Assembly (NCBI RefSeq): GCF_018350175.1
Contig: NC_058368.1
Span: forward strand, 24,182,001-24,246,000
Source of the DNA: Felis catus
Lineage: Eukaryota
Direction: 5' to 3'
DNA: 64,000 bases
Position numbers and translations under genes: made by a program. Shown here in pieces: positions 1 through 12,419 of the stretch. Each line of letters begins with the position of its first letter. The stretch's first letter is position 1. The notes below the pieces were generated by a model. That model had not been told where the DNA came from. It was given only the letters and a program-made list of their open reading frames with translations, and did no database searches.

Positions 1-210
1 CTGGGTGGTTCAGTAAGTTAAGTATCCGACTCTTGGTTTGGGCTTTCATAATCTCATGGTTTTGTGGGTGCCAACCCTGTGTACAGCTCCTCCACGCTCA
101 GGGTGTGCAGCCTGCTTGGGATTCTCTGTCTCCTTCTCTCTCTACCCTTCCCCCACTCATGCTGTCTCTGTCTCTCTCAAAATAAATTTAAAAATTTTAA
201 AAATAATAAA
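1..210 (+). mobile_element. Can-SINE (tRNA-derived carnivore SINE), 5' end cut by window edge
   Basis: ctgggtggttcagtaagttaag head, gcctgcttgggattctct, CT-rich tract, aataaa and A-rich tail. Confidence 0.9.
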
Positions 211-799
211 AGTTTAAGAAAATGTCATGTAAAACTAAGCAATAGAAAAGAGCAAGAGGTCAACCTCCTTTCATAGTAAGAAAAATTAAGTAATTGCCAT
301 CTTCTGTAGAACTGAGGTCATCATGATTATATACCAGGAAACAGCTTCAGAGGATTTGCCACGTGACTTGGAGGGTACTTGGGTAAAAATCTGTACATTT
401 AAAAGTATTTTATTTATAGAATCATTTGGTCCAGTATTTGGAGTTAGCCACAAAAAGATTAATAATATCCTCATTTATAACTAGGAAAACTGAGGCTCAC
501 AGGAGACCTTCTTGGGATCCCTTTGCTAAACTACCAGAATAAAAGCATTCTATAAAGCCATCTCCAAAAAATCATCTGGAAACTCTAATATTTCAAAATG
601 AGTCAAATATACTTGAGATAAGGTTAACATAAATCAGAATTAGAGAAATGAGGTTAACAGAATTCAGAAGAAAAATAGAAATACAAGAGTAATTTTAGAA
701 AAGAACACTCAACTAGAATAAAGTGGGGAAAAGTAGACATCGGAGACATAGAAGGTAAGAGGAAAGGAAATTGTAAACATCTTGAAGAAATTTCAATAG

Positions 800-1645
800 G
801 AATTAGATGCTACTACACACCTATCAGGATGTTGAAAGTCCCAAACACTAATGAAACTAAATGCTAGCAAGAATGTAGTGGCAGGAAGGACAGCCACTTT
901 AGGTGATCGTTCCTCACAACAAAGACTCTCACCCAATCATCCACCCACTGCACTGCTTTAAGTATTTACCCTACTGAGTAAAAAACTTGTATCCACACCA
1001 AAACCTGCATAAGCTGGATCTTAGTAATGTTAATAGCAGTCTCATTCATAATTGCCAAAACTTGGAAGCAACCTAGAGGTTAGTAGGTGAATGGATAGAC
1101 TATGGTACTTCTAGACAACAGATTATTGAAAACTAAAAAGAAAAAAAAAGAAAAAGAAAATGAGCTATCAAGCCATGAAAAGACAAGGAGGAATCTTCAA
1201 TGCATAATACTAAGTGCAGTAAGGCAATCTGAAAGACTACATGCTGTATGATTTCAACTATATGACATTCTGGAAAAAACAAAACCATAAAGACACTAAA
1301 AAGACACTCAACGACCCAACAGAGGTTGGGGTGAGGGAGTGATGAATAGGCAGAAAACCGCATTTTTAGTGCAGTGAAATTATTCTGTATGATACTACAA
1401 TGGTGGATTCATTTGTCAAAACACATAGGATGTGCAACACTGGAGTAAACCCTAATGTCAATTATGGACTTTGATTAACAATCATGTATCAGTGTAGGTT
1501 CCTTAATTTTAACAAATGTAGCCTGATGTAGGCATGCTGATGAACGGAAAGGCTGGGTGTGGGAGTGGCAGGGGCAACCTGGGAACTCTGCTTTCTGCTC
1601 AGCTTTGCTGAGAAACATCAACTATTTTTAAAAACAAAGTATTTT
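800..1645 (+). mobile_element. Old LINE-1 3' end (L1MC/L1MD-like)
   Basis: ORF2-end motifs (actacacacctatcaggatg; ttcataattgccaaaacttggaagcaacc) and 3' UTR motif taaaccctaatgtcaattatggactttg. Confidence 0.8.
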
Positions 1646-1899
1646 TTTTTAAGAGGCAGAAACAAAGATTTGAGACTAAGGGACCAATATCAAAAGGTAG
1701 GTAGAGAAGATACAACATACATAAATATAAGTGCTTAAAGATAAAAATCAAATTGAGGAAATAGAATACAGTGTATGAATTGATACAACTTTTTCCTTAA
1801 TTAAAAAATTGAAACTGTATACTCAAACTGAATTTTAAAACAAATAGGGTACCTAAATAGAAACTACCAATACCTCACAAAATTCTAGTGAAATGGGAA

Positions 1900-3420
1900 A
1901 AAAAGAGACTAAGAAAAGGGTGTATTACTTTCAAAGAAATCCTATTTTTATCTGAACTTTCAATAAATAGCAGTGTTTTATACCATCAGAAAATATAGTA
2001 AGACATTTGAGTTATCAAGGAAAGAAAATATAAGCCAAGGATTTTTATAACTAGTCAAAATAACTTGTTAATAGGAGGACTAAATCAACCTGGTATCAAA
2101 ACATAACAACTCAGGTAGTATTTTTTCCCATGATTTTCCTGAGGGATCTACTAGAGAACAAGTTTAATATCCAAATTACTAGAGAAACATTGACCTATGG
2201 ACAAGAGATGAGCATTAATATGCCCTTACTTATAGAGCTAGGACACAGTGATGGTTAAAAGTGTGATAATATTACTATACTATAATAAAGAAATTGTGAA
2301 GTTTTTTAATGGGAAATACTGAGGAAACATATGCATAAAGAAATGTTAACCATTTTTACATGGGCCATAACAGTAGTCCTGTGTAATTCTTAGAGCCTGC
2401 TGTTTATATGATATTCTAATTCAATCATCCTATCTCCTCGAGAAGCAAAATTCTTGATTTGGGACAAAGATTCAGATTTTAGATACAAACTACTGAACAG
2501 AAACCCTATAGTCATGAAATTTAATGTCGATGTATTTCTCTTCATATAATATATTTATGCTTTTGGAACTTTTCTTCCTAACCATCCACTCAAAAGGCTT
2601 AGCAACAACCAGCCCAGTAGCAAGGAAAAGCCTTAGCACTGAGGTTAGGGTCTTGAAAACCATTTCCCCCTAAAAAATACCAGGAACCGCTGGTGAATGG
2701 CTGATTATGCTGTATTAGGAACAGGAAACATAGAAGATGAGCCACAACCTATTATCTTAATGAATGACTGTACCTGAGCAATGTGCACAAATGGCTGCCA
2801 CCATCAGTCAAGAACGTGTCCTACCCACGGAATAGTGTTGCCCAAAAATACACACGTAATTAAATTTCTATATCCAGTTATCAATGTACATGAAACAAAG
2901 AGGACAGAAGAACAGGCTAAATCACATGTGGAGCATGCAACTAGCATAATCCAGAGCAGGAGAAACTCTACAGATCAAATATCTGAGTTTCTTCAGCAAA
3001 AATCATTTCAAGGGAAAATATGCGAAGAAGAGAGAGAAGAAAATCCTGTACATTGTGGAGACCATAAAGGGACTGTATTATAGTCTACTGTAGAAGCACT
3101 ATAAAGGAACAAAGACAGGGAAGGAGGGTACCAAAGTATTCAAAGTTGCACACTTTGATGGTAAGACAAAGAAAAGCAAAAAAGTAATTACTTTAATGTC
3201 AGTAGAGTGGTTATTTTTTTTTTTAGAAGCCTAAGAGATTTTGAGTAGAATAGGGAATTGCAAAAACAAAGACTCAAAGGCTTCTAAGGTGACTGCAAAA
3301 AATTTTATTTCTTCACATGGGTGATTTATAAATGTATTTGCCTTAATTCACTAAGTTACATATGTGTTTTATACAATTCTTTCATCTTACAGTGATTTTA
3401 TCAAATAAAATTCTTTAAAT
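1900..3420 (+). mobile_element. Very old LINE-1 (L1ME/HAL1-like) fragments
   Basis: Degenerate ORF1-like stretch near 2000-2200; L1ME-type 3' UTR motifs near 2580-2900 (ccatttccccctaaaaaataccagg). Confidence 0.5.
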
Positions 3421-4266
3421 ACTTTATTTCAGACCAGGGTTTTGTTTTTTTATCTGAATTTACAATCATGCTTTTTAAATAACTCCCTTTCCTGGAGTTG
3501 CCATTTTATTGAAAACTAAACTTAGTCATATCCATGCTTAGTACACAACCATGCATACAACAGGGGCTCAGGAAGTGGTTACAAAGCAAAGTAAAAAGTG
3601 CCTCAAGAGCATAAAAGTTCCAGAAGTTTGAGAGCAAACAGGATATCCACGGAAAATAAACCCATTTTCAGTTTAGACAGAACTAAAGAGATGTGGTGTT
3701 TTTCTTAGAACTGGAAATGTTCATTGGACAGATCACAGGCAGAGCAGCCATTGCAGCAACACAGAAATAAATATCACTAGTCTAAGAATGAGCAACAGCC
3801 CACAAAACAGCTGCAATAAGGTTTAATTTTTATTTTTGAAATGAAGACTGCCTTTCCACTAGGCACAAAGGTCTATCAGACTAGCTTTGATTAAAAGGAA
3901 ACTAACCTCTGCTGATCAGAAACTTCTTTCCCAAGGAAACACAGACCTAAAAGTTGACCACAAAGAAGTAGGAGTAAAGGTGTTTTAAGAGGTCTGTGAA
4001 TGCACAGGTGAATAAACAATGCTTATAGGTTCAAAATATCATCCTTATAAAATGTTCTTTAACTGTTCAAATATAAGTAATTCCATTTTTATTTAAAGTA
4101 ACTTAAAGATTATTGAAGTCAGTTTCTTTCTCATTTAGATTTTTATGAATGTTTTAAGATCTTTCTCTTTATTTTGAATAGTTCCAAAGCTACAAGGGAG
4201 TTGGAAGAATAGCACATGACCCCATATAACTTTCAAGTAGATTCACTAATTCTTAACATTTTTGGG

Positions 4267-4860
4267 TGTGGGAGTAAGTTTAGGAATTCCCTGAGCACCA
4301 ATGGGTTAACAAGGCTTAGGATGAAAGCATCCACAATTAGGTAAACAGGGCAAAAGCATCCCCAACATAGTACAAAAGCAGAAAGCTTCTTTCACAGGAT
4401 GGAAGGTCCAGAATAGGGAAACAGGAAAACAAGGTTATAGACTTCTGTAGCAGGGTGAAATTACCCAGAGCAGAGCTAATTAGCAAAAGAAAGGTGCCCT
4501 GTTGACCCTGAGGTAGCAGCTGTCTTATCCCCCAGGCAAGTTAAGATAAACAGACACAGTACCTCCTGTCAGAAATAACCATCTGCTCAGTGCTAGGATT
4601 TTGTTTTGTATTGACCCAAATCCCTAACACCACCTATCTTTGAAACCCCCTTTCTCTCACACGGGAGTTTATGTTCACTGTTTTCGCAGTTTCTTTCTGC
4701 ACACCCATCACGTTTGTAAGCCTTCTGATCCTAATAAAAATGGAACAAGGACCCTTCCTCAGGACTCTTGTCTCCTCCCAGACATTAGCCGCTCTCACAT
4801 TTAATTTTGCATTTCTCTCTTGCTGGACAAGAGCGAATTCCAGACTCAAAATCTGCGACA
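4267..4860 (+). mobile_element. Endogenous retrovirus solo LTR (about 594 bp), possibly ERV2/ERVK class
   Basis: Begins TGTGGGAG and ends CTGCGACA (imperfect terminal inverted repeat); AATAAA at 4733; flanks tttggg (4261-4266) and attggg (4861-4866). Confidence 0.8.
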
Positions 4861-4999
4861 ATTGGGAATATATTTTCATTCTCTCTTGCTCACTCTTATA
4901 TGCTTACCTGTGGTGGGTTTGTTTGTTTTCCTGATCCACTTTTAAGTTAACTTCAGACTTCCCTTCTTTTTTAAATTTATTTAGAGAATGTGAGTGTTC

Positions 5000-5176
5000 A
5001 AGTCAGTCAGTTAAGCATCCTGACTCTTGATTTCAGCTCAGGTCATGATCTCAGGGTTCTGAGAAGGTGCCCTCCTTAGTCTCTATGCTGAGCATGAAGC
5101 CTGATTAAGATTCTCTCCCTCCCTTTCTCTGTCCCTTCTTGGCTGGTGTGCATCAGTGTGCTCTCTAAATAATAAA
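5000..5176 (+). mobile_element. Can-SINE, 5'-truncated, older subfamily
   Basis: cagtcagttaagcatcctgactcttgatttcagctcaggtcatgatctc body, CT tract, aataataaa. Confidence 0.85.
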
Positions 5177-5689
5177 GGGAGACAGAGACTAAATTCAATA
5201 ACTCCTAAATATTAACTAAATTTCAACAATTCCCAAAATATTCCTAAATATTTAGTTTTGTTTCTGAATATGAAATTTGTTTTTCAAGTTTGTTTCCCGC
5301 CCCCCCCCCCGACCCAGGATCTAAACAGGATTCAAGGAATGAGTTTTCTTGTGTGTTTTTTTTCTTCTTTTTTCTTTAATATAGAATTGTCCCTTGGCCT
5401 TTTTAATGGCTTTTTTTTTTAAGCCAGAGCCAGGACGATCTTATAGAATATCCTACATAATTTGTCTGATTGAAGGTTCATTAATAAATTCAGCCAACTT
5501 TTTTTATAAAAACATTAGAGGCAATATTAGGTGTTTATTTCATTTAATCAGGATGTACATGATGGCCATTGTCCCACTATTAAGGATGCTAAGTTTAATT
5601 GCTTAAGATGATCACAGGCATACGTCCCCATTACAAAGTTGAATTTTCCCTAAGTTATCCAATTCTCAACAAAATATCAGCAAATTTTT

Positions 5690-5960
5690 TTTTCAGTATT
5701 ACTATATTCCCTATGCTTTTCATCTCAGTGACTTATTTTGAAACCAGAAGTTTGTACCTCTTAATTCCCTTTATCTATTTAGCCCATCTCATTCCCCTCC
5801 AGCCACAACCCTCTGGAAACCTCTCAGTATTTAAAGGTTTGTTTTTGTTGTTTTGTCCATTTTCTTAAGTTCCACAAGTGAAATCATACGGTATTTGTTT
5901 TTATCCACCTAAAGCTAATATAATACAGTACATTAATTGTATTTGAAAAGAAGAAAAAAG
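5690..5960. mobile_element. Short L1 3' UTR insertion with inverted 5' part
   Basis: About 5690-5903 is antisense carnivore L1 3' UTR; about 5906-5960 is the sense L1 terminus cacctaaagctaatataatac plus A-rich tail. Confidence 0.6.
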
Positions 5961-6106
5961 GAACCAGTTAAAGAAAAATGTATAATATCCATATACTGGC
6001 AAGCTGAATTCAATAGTACATTTAAAGAATCCATCATGATCAAGTGGGATGTATCGTGAGGATGTAAATATGATTCAACATATACAAATCAACAAATGTG
6101 ATAAAT

Positions 6107-6301
6107 GGAGCACCTGGGTAGCTCAGTCAGTTAAGCGTCCAGCTTCAGCTCAGGTCATGATCTCCAGGTTCATGAGTTTGAGCCCCATATCAGACTCTGT
6201 GCTGACAGCTCAGAGCCTGGAGCCTGCTTCAGACTCTGGTCTCCCTCTCTCTCATGGCCTCTTTGTCTCAAAAATAAGTAAACATCAAAAATTTTTTTAA
6301 A
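6107..6301 (+). mobile_element. Can-SINE (felid type)
   Basis: ggagcacctgggtagctcagtcagttaagcg ... gacagctcagagcctggagcctgcttc; degenerate TSD aacaaatgtgata/aataaatgtcata. Confidence 0.95.
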
Positions 6302-6662
6302 AATAAATGTCATATATACATTAATAAAATAAAAGCTGCCATGATCATCTTAATAGATGTAGGGGAAAAAAAAAAAACACTCGAGGTAAATTCAACAAAT
6401 GAGGTATAGAAGGAACATTCCCAAGTATAACACAGGTTATATACAGTAAGTCCACAGGTAACATCATGCTCAATGGTTCAAAGTTAAAATCCTTTCCTCT
6501 AAGATCAACAAGACAGGGATGCCCACCTTGTCACTTGTATTCACCAGAGTCCTGAAGTCCTAGCGAGACCAATTGGGCAAGAAAAAAAGAAGGCATCTGT
6601 ATCAGAAAATAAGTAAAATTATCTGTTTGCAGCTGACATGATCTTATATATAGAAAATCCTA

Positions 6663-6875
6663 GGGGTGCCTGGGTGTTTCATTCATTAACCATCTGAGTC
6701 TCAGTTTTGGTGCAGGTCATGATCTCAGTTTCATGAGTTTGAGCCACACATCAGGCTCTGTGCCGGCAGTACAGAGCTTGCTTGGGTTGCTCTCTCTCCC
6801 TCTCTCTCTCTGCCCCTCCCCTGCTCACACTGTCTGTCCCTCTCAAAATGCATAAATCATCTTAAAATTAAAAAA
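6663..6875 (+). mobile_element. Can-SINE
   Basis: ggggtgcctgggtg head; TSD agaaaatccta at 6652-6662 and 6876-6886. Confidence 0.95.
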
Positions 6876-7259
6876 AGAAAATCCTAATAATTCCACTAAA
6901 AATAAATAAATGCATTCAGTGAAGTTACAGGATATAAAAATTACCATATAGAAATCAGCTGCATTTCTATACAGTATTTGAAAGAGAAACTAAGAAAGCA
7001 ATCTCATTTACAATAGCAAAGTCAATAAAATATTTAGAAATAAATTTAACCAAGGAGGGGAAAGATCTTCATGATACAACTATAGGACACTGATAAAAGA
7101 CTGAAGACAACACAAATAAATGGAAAGGTATTCTTGTGTTCTTGGATTGGAACAACACTGTAAAGTCATCCATATTACCCAAAGTGAACTACACAGATTC
7201 AATGCAATCCCAATGGCAATTTTTTTTAATAGAAAAACGTTTTACTAAAATGTTTTCAG

Positions 7260-7514
7260 GAGAAACTTAACAGAAACCCATGGGGGAGGGGAAGAAAAAA
7301 AAAAGAGGTTAGAGTGGGAGAGAGCCAAAGCATAAGAGACTCTTAAAAACTGAGAACAAACTGAGGGTTGATGGGGGGTGGGAGGGAGGGGAGGGTGGGT
7401 GATGGGTATTGAGGAGGGCACCTTTGGGGATGAGCACTGGGTGTTGTATGGAAACCAATTTGACAATAAATTTCATATATTGAAAAAAATAAATAAATAA
7501 ACAAATAAATAAAT
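7260..7514 (+). mobile_element. Young 5'-truncated L1 3' UTR (L1_Fc-like)
   Basis: G-rich 3' UTR, gatgagcactgggtgttgtatgg, aataaa, (AAAT)n tail; perfect TSD aaaatgttttcag at 7247-7259 and 7515-7527. Confidence 0.95.
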
Positions 7515-8399
7515 AAAATGTTTTCAGAACCACAAAAACTTTGAATAATCAAAGCAATCCTGAGAAAGAAGGGCAAAGACAGAGGCATCACACTACCGTA
7601 TTTCAAACCATATTATAAAGGCCTAGTAATTACAACAGTACTATACTGGCATTAAAACTGGCACATAGGTCAGTGGAATAGAAATCCCACACATAAATCT
7701 ACAAATATCAGGTTAACTAATTTTTACAAGGTTGAAAAAAAAATCACAATGGGACTGAACAGTCTCTTCAAAATATCGTGCTGGGCAAGGTGGCTATCTG
7801 CAGGGAGAGGAATGAAACTGAACCCTCATCTTCCACTACTCACAAAAATTAACTTAAAATGGATCACTTAAATGTGAGACCTGAGATTGCAACACATAAA
7901 AAGCAAAAGGAAACATTTCTTAACATTAGCCTTGTCAAGGATTTCTTGGAAAAGACACCAAAAGCACAGGCAACAAAAACTAAAATAAGTGGGATTACTT
8001 TAAAGAGCTCTGTACAATAAAACAAGTTGAAAAGGCATCCTACAGAATGGAAGACAATATTCACAAAATGTTTATCTGCAATGGAGTTAATATCCTAAAT
8101 ATATGACAAACTTATACAACTCAGTAACAACAAAGGAAAGAATCCATTAAGAAATAAGTGTAGAACCCGAATCGTCACTTCTCCAAAGAATATATGAAAA
8201 TGGCCAACACGAAAAGATGCTCAACATCACTCATTGTCAGGAAGATACAAAACAAAACCATAATGAGCAATCACCTCACACCTGTTAGAAAGGTTAGTAT
8301 CAAAAAGAGGTAAATGCTAAGAAGGATGTAGAGAAAAGGGAAGCCTTATACACTACTGGTGGAAATGTAATATGGTACAGACATTATTGAAAACAGCAG

Positions 8400-9219
8400 T
8401 TTTCCAGTTTGCATTCCCACCAACGCAAAAGAGATCCTCTTTCTCCACATCCTCGCCAACATCTGTTGTTGCCTGAGTTGTTAATGTCAGCCATTCTGAC
8501 AGGTGTGAGATGGTATCTCATTGTGGTTTTGATTTTTATTTCCCTGTTGAGTGAGGTTGAGCTTTTTCTCATATGTTAGTCAGCTGGGTGTCTTTTTGGA
8601 AAAGTGTCTATTCATGTCTCTTGCACATTTCTTCACTGGATTGGTTTTTGGGTGTTGAGTTTGATAAGTTCTTTCTAGATTTTGGATACTAACCCTTTAT
8701 CTGACATGTCATTTGCAAAAATCTTCCCTCATTCTGTCGGTTGCCTTTTAGTTTTGCTGATTGTTTCCTTCGCTGTGCAAAAGCTTTTTATCTTGATGAG
8801 GTCCCTTCATTTTTGCTTTTGTTTCCTTTGCCTCCAAAGACATTTTCAGTAAGAAAGTGCTGTGGCCAAGGTCAACGAGGTTTTTGCCTGCTTTCTCCTC
8901 TAGGATTTTGATAGCTTCCTGTCTTACATTTAGGTCTCTCATCTATTTTGAGTTTAGTTTTGTGTATGGTGTAAGCAAGTGGTACAGGTTCATTTTTCTG
9001 CCTGTCACTCTCCAATTTTCCCAATACCATTTGATGAACAGACCATCTATATTCCATTGGATATTCTTTCCTGCTTTGTCAAAAATTAGTTGGCTATACA
9101 TTTGTGGGTCTATTTCTGTGTTCTCTATTCTGTTCCATTGATCTAAGCTTCTGTTGTTGTGTCAGTACCATACTGTGTTGACAATTACAGCTTTGTAATA
9201 CATCTTCAAGTATGGGATT
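8400..9219 (-). mobile_element. LINE-1 ORF2 C-terminal fragment, antisense, younger subfamily
   Basis: Minus-strand ORFs ..[30 protein letters not shown].. and MRDLNVRQEAIKILEEK.. Confidence 0.95.
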
Positions 9220-10819
9220 AAATCAAAACAAATAGTTATCTAGGAAAGGATATTTCAAAATAATGTTAGTTTCTTGTTTTCAACAATATTTGCCCTCTAA
9301 TTTTAACATCTATTGATGTTATTCTGCTGGAGGTGCCAAGATAGAATAATGAAGTTAGAAAACCACTTTCTGCATTAACATGTAGTTTTTCTTTATCTTA
9401 TCTCAATCCCTACATATAGAAACATCTACTTTTATGATAGTACAAATCTTCACCTAACTTAGAAGTCACACTATCTAGGCAGACACTAGACTTTTGACTA
9501 CAGAGTGCTTAACTGTCCCACTTTCCCACACATTTTCCTGCAACAACACACAGGACAATTATCTGTTCACTTAGATGATCTGTTGATTGAGAGCACTGAT
9601 GTTTGAATTATTTGCTCAGATTTCATTATTAAATAATGATCAATGGTTTTTGTTTTTATAAAAACCAGAACATAATTATTCCAGACACCTATTATCAGGC
9701 TTTTAGAAAGTGGTAGGAAATAAATCAGGTTCTATCCATATATGGAATTAGTAAGCAAATAACTGTTCAACCCCTATTCTCCATACATGCTGAGAGCAAT
9801 GCAATTTACCATTTGCTCTTTTATACATCTTCATTTTCTTTAATTTCTGATGTGTTTAATGCAAAGACTACATGGGGCCATGTTGTTAAACTTTTGTGCA
9901 GGCACATTACTCTGTAATTTCTCATTTCCTGGGCTTTCTTGAAAATCAGCCAAAAATTGCTACAGGTGCACAATTCAGCAGCTTGAAAACTGCATTCAAG
10001 GAGTAGAGAGACAATTTAATTAAGTAAGAACACAGTATGTAGATCCTTCATTAGATTCACAAATAAGGGCCTGACTTACTTGACCTAAGCCAAGTCAAGA
10101 ATCTGGCTGACCAGTTACAGTCTCTCCCCTCTGATGTTAACAGAAACATCAGTTAAAATAGAGGTTCCATTTCCTAGATATGACTGTACAAAAGTGTTTA
10201 ACAAGTTGTTTTTGTGAAGATTACTAGTTACTAAATTATCAAGTCTTCTAGTACAAATAATAAGAGCCTCTTTACTGATCTGGGGTGATATTCTCCAAAG
10301 CAGACTGATGGTAAGTATTTAAAATACAGCAGAAATCAGAGACTATTGTAGTCAATAGACCATACCAACTTTCTGGATTATGCTAGGATTACTACTTTTG
10401 TTTTAATAAAATTTGAACGATAATAATGGAGTAAATACTTGCTTATAGGAAACACTAGCTTATAGGAATTATGTAAATTATTTAAATGAAAACCAATAAT
10501 CCTTGGATGAAATTTAGGAATGGCTGAAATTTGGGAAGGGATCATACAAAAGAGCTAATTCCTAAAACAGATGATGCTTTGTCCTTTTTTCAGAAAATCA
10601 CAATCAACACTATCCTATTACACATTTTATTTTCAAGTATATTACCATGTTTCCAACAGAATTCTTCTACCTAACAATCCAAATGTTGTCTAATAAGTCC
10701 AGAAAATACATGGAAGTTTGCCTTGCTAAAAGCTAAAACACATTTCTTCTCTAAGTCTGTTGTTTGTGTAGCTATAAATGAGCATCATTCATTCAACACT
10801 AATATTTACCTTGGATCAG

Positions 10820-10985
10820 GAGAGTTATTACCTAAGGCTGTATCTATCACCTAGATTAAAAATACCCATGCTTGAGGACAACTCCAGACTTTCTGGTTTA
10901 CTCAAAATTTACTGGATTCAGGTATGTTCAGATTTTAAAACCTCTCCCAGGTGATTCTGATGCATACTGCCATTTGGAACCACTC
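10820..10985. mobile_element. MER5-like hAT-Charlie fragment
   Basis: ttttaaaacctctcccaggtgattctgatgcatac...ttggaaccact. Confidence 0.7.
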
Positions 10986-12419
10986 AGTATAAAGTAGATA
11001 TATATAGGTTTGCCTAACTAGTTATGCAGTATTGCAAAGGATAGTAATATCTCCAAATACTCCTTTATTCATATGTAAGCATGCCACATAAGCATAGAAA
11101 AATAATGAAGTATCCTTTTATTTCCTTTCTTACTTTTTTTATAATGTTTTAGGTAAGAAAATCCATGCGCATGTTTAACAGCATCCCCCCCCCCCCCCAG
11201 AAGCTAGTCCTAAAGCCACAGTGAGTCTTAAGATGAATGATATCCTAGGATGAGCAAGCAGGGTGTGGATTCAAAGGCCATGGCCCAAAATCAGTGTTGC
11301 CCTGGCAATGTTCTACCAGCCACACACACTCCTCTACTATGTCAAGAAGGGCCTTAGAACCTGAAAATTGAGTCTGAACAGTCAAATCAAACCATTTGAG
11401 TTCCTTCAAGTGTCAATCTCTATAGGTGTGACAATTAAGTTTGGGTAATCAGAATCTATCATTTTAGTACCATCTCAGAATGTAAATATAACCTTAACAA
11501 AAAAAGACTCACAATTAGTCCTAATCGAAACTCCAAGTGTCAATTTTAAGTTCTTATACAATTCTTCCTCTCTTCATACCAACTTCAAAAGTCACATCCC
11601 TCTTGCTTCCTGGTCTTGTCTTTTTTGAAACACCCTTAGGGTAGATAACTATCCTTTCATGTGTTTGGGACCACCATTCATTATTATTACTCTTCATCAT
11701 TTCATTTTATTAAGGGAGAAGACCTAAGAACAGACCAGAATGTCTTGAGTAGGGGCCTCTCTACCACAGTAGAGGTTATTGAATTATGACCTATGTTAGT
11801 GTATTAGGAGTTTCTAACAAGAATTTTAAACTTTCATACCTCTCATCTTCCTTTCCATCCTCTCTATATCCTAGAGTGAAATAATGGTAAGCTTTCATGA
11901 AGGATAAAGTATCACACAATACAGTGTAGGTAGGTAATCCTACAGCATTTTATTTTTTGTATCTAATCTCCTTCATATAGCCCTGAGAGCTTCTGATTTG
12001 GAAAACAACAACCCATAGTCCTTAGCTTTAGCTTTTATCAGTTCTTCAGTTATTCCATTATTGGCTTAATGTCTATTCTGCAAGATAAGCTAACTGAAGG
12101 ATTTTGTCTCATCATTGCGCCTTGTCAAATGCTTAACAAAATGGTAGGTATATAACAGAGGAACATTACTACTGAATGAAAAAATTTTAAGCCTAATTAT
12201 ATTGAGTCCAGAAGCTACTCCTGAATCAGTCTGTGACTCTACCTTCCATCATATAAATATGAAGTAGCAGTTATTTTTGTTCCTTATTATAATATCCAAG
12301 CACCTCTCTCAAGCCATCTCCACTCTCTGTGAGGCTTTTAGGGGCCCACGTCCTCGTTCAAGATAACAGCTGTGTCTGTGGTCAATAGAATGACTCACCA
12401 GTGGTTATTTCTCATTTGG

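Larger units (their letters stand above)
5990..8399 (+). mobile_element. Degenerate LINE-1 ORF2 (RT to C-terminus) interrupted by two SINEs and a young L1 3' UTR
   Basis: catgatcaagtgggat, gtttgcagctgacatgatc (FADD-region remnant), cacctcacacctgttagaa; many frameshifts. Confidence 0.9.

Noticed and set aside
3905..3960. 40-nt minus-strand exon-like splice pair
   Set aside because: Moderate splice signals, not frame-preserving, no recognisable peptide
6049..6300. Recurrent peptides such as AQVMISRFMS..SVLTAQSLEPASDS in many ORFs, suggesting a gene family
   Set aside because: These are translations of Can-SINE bodies
7245..7466. Duplicated ORF MSNWFPYNTQCSS.. (also 27705-27935)
   Set aside because: Antisense translation of an L1 3' UTR present in two copies
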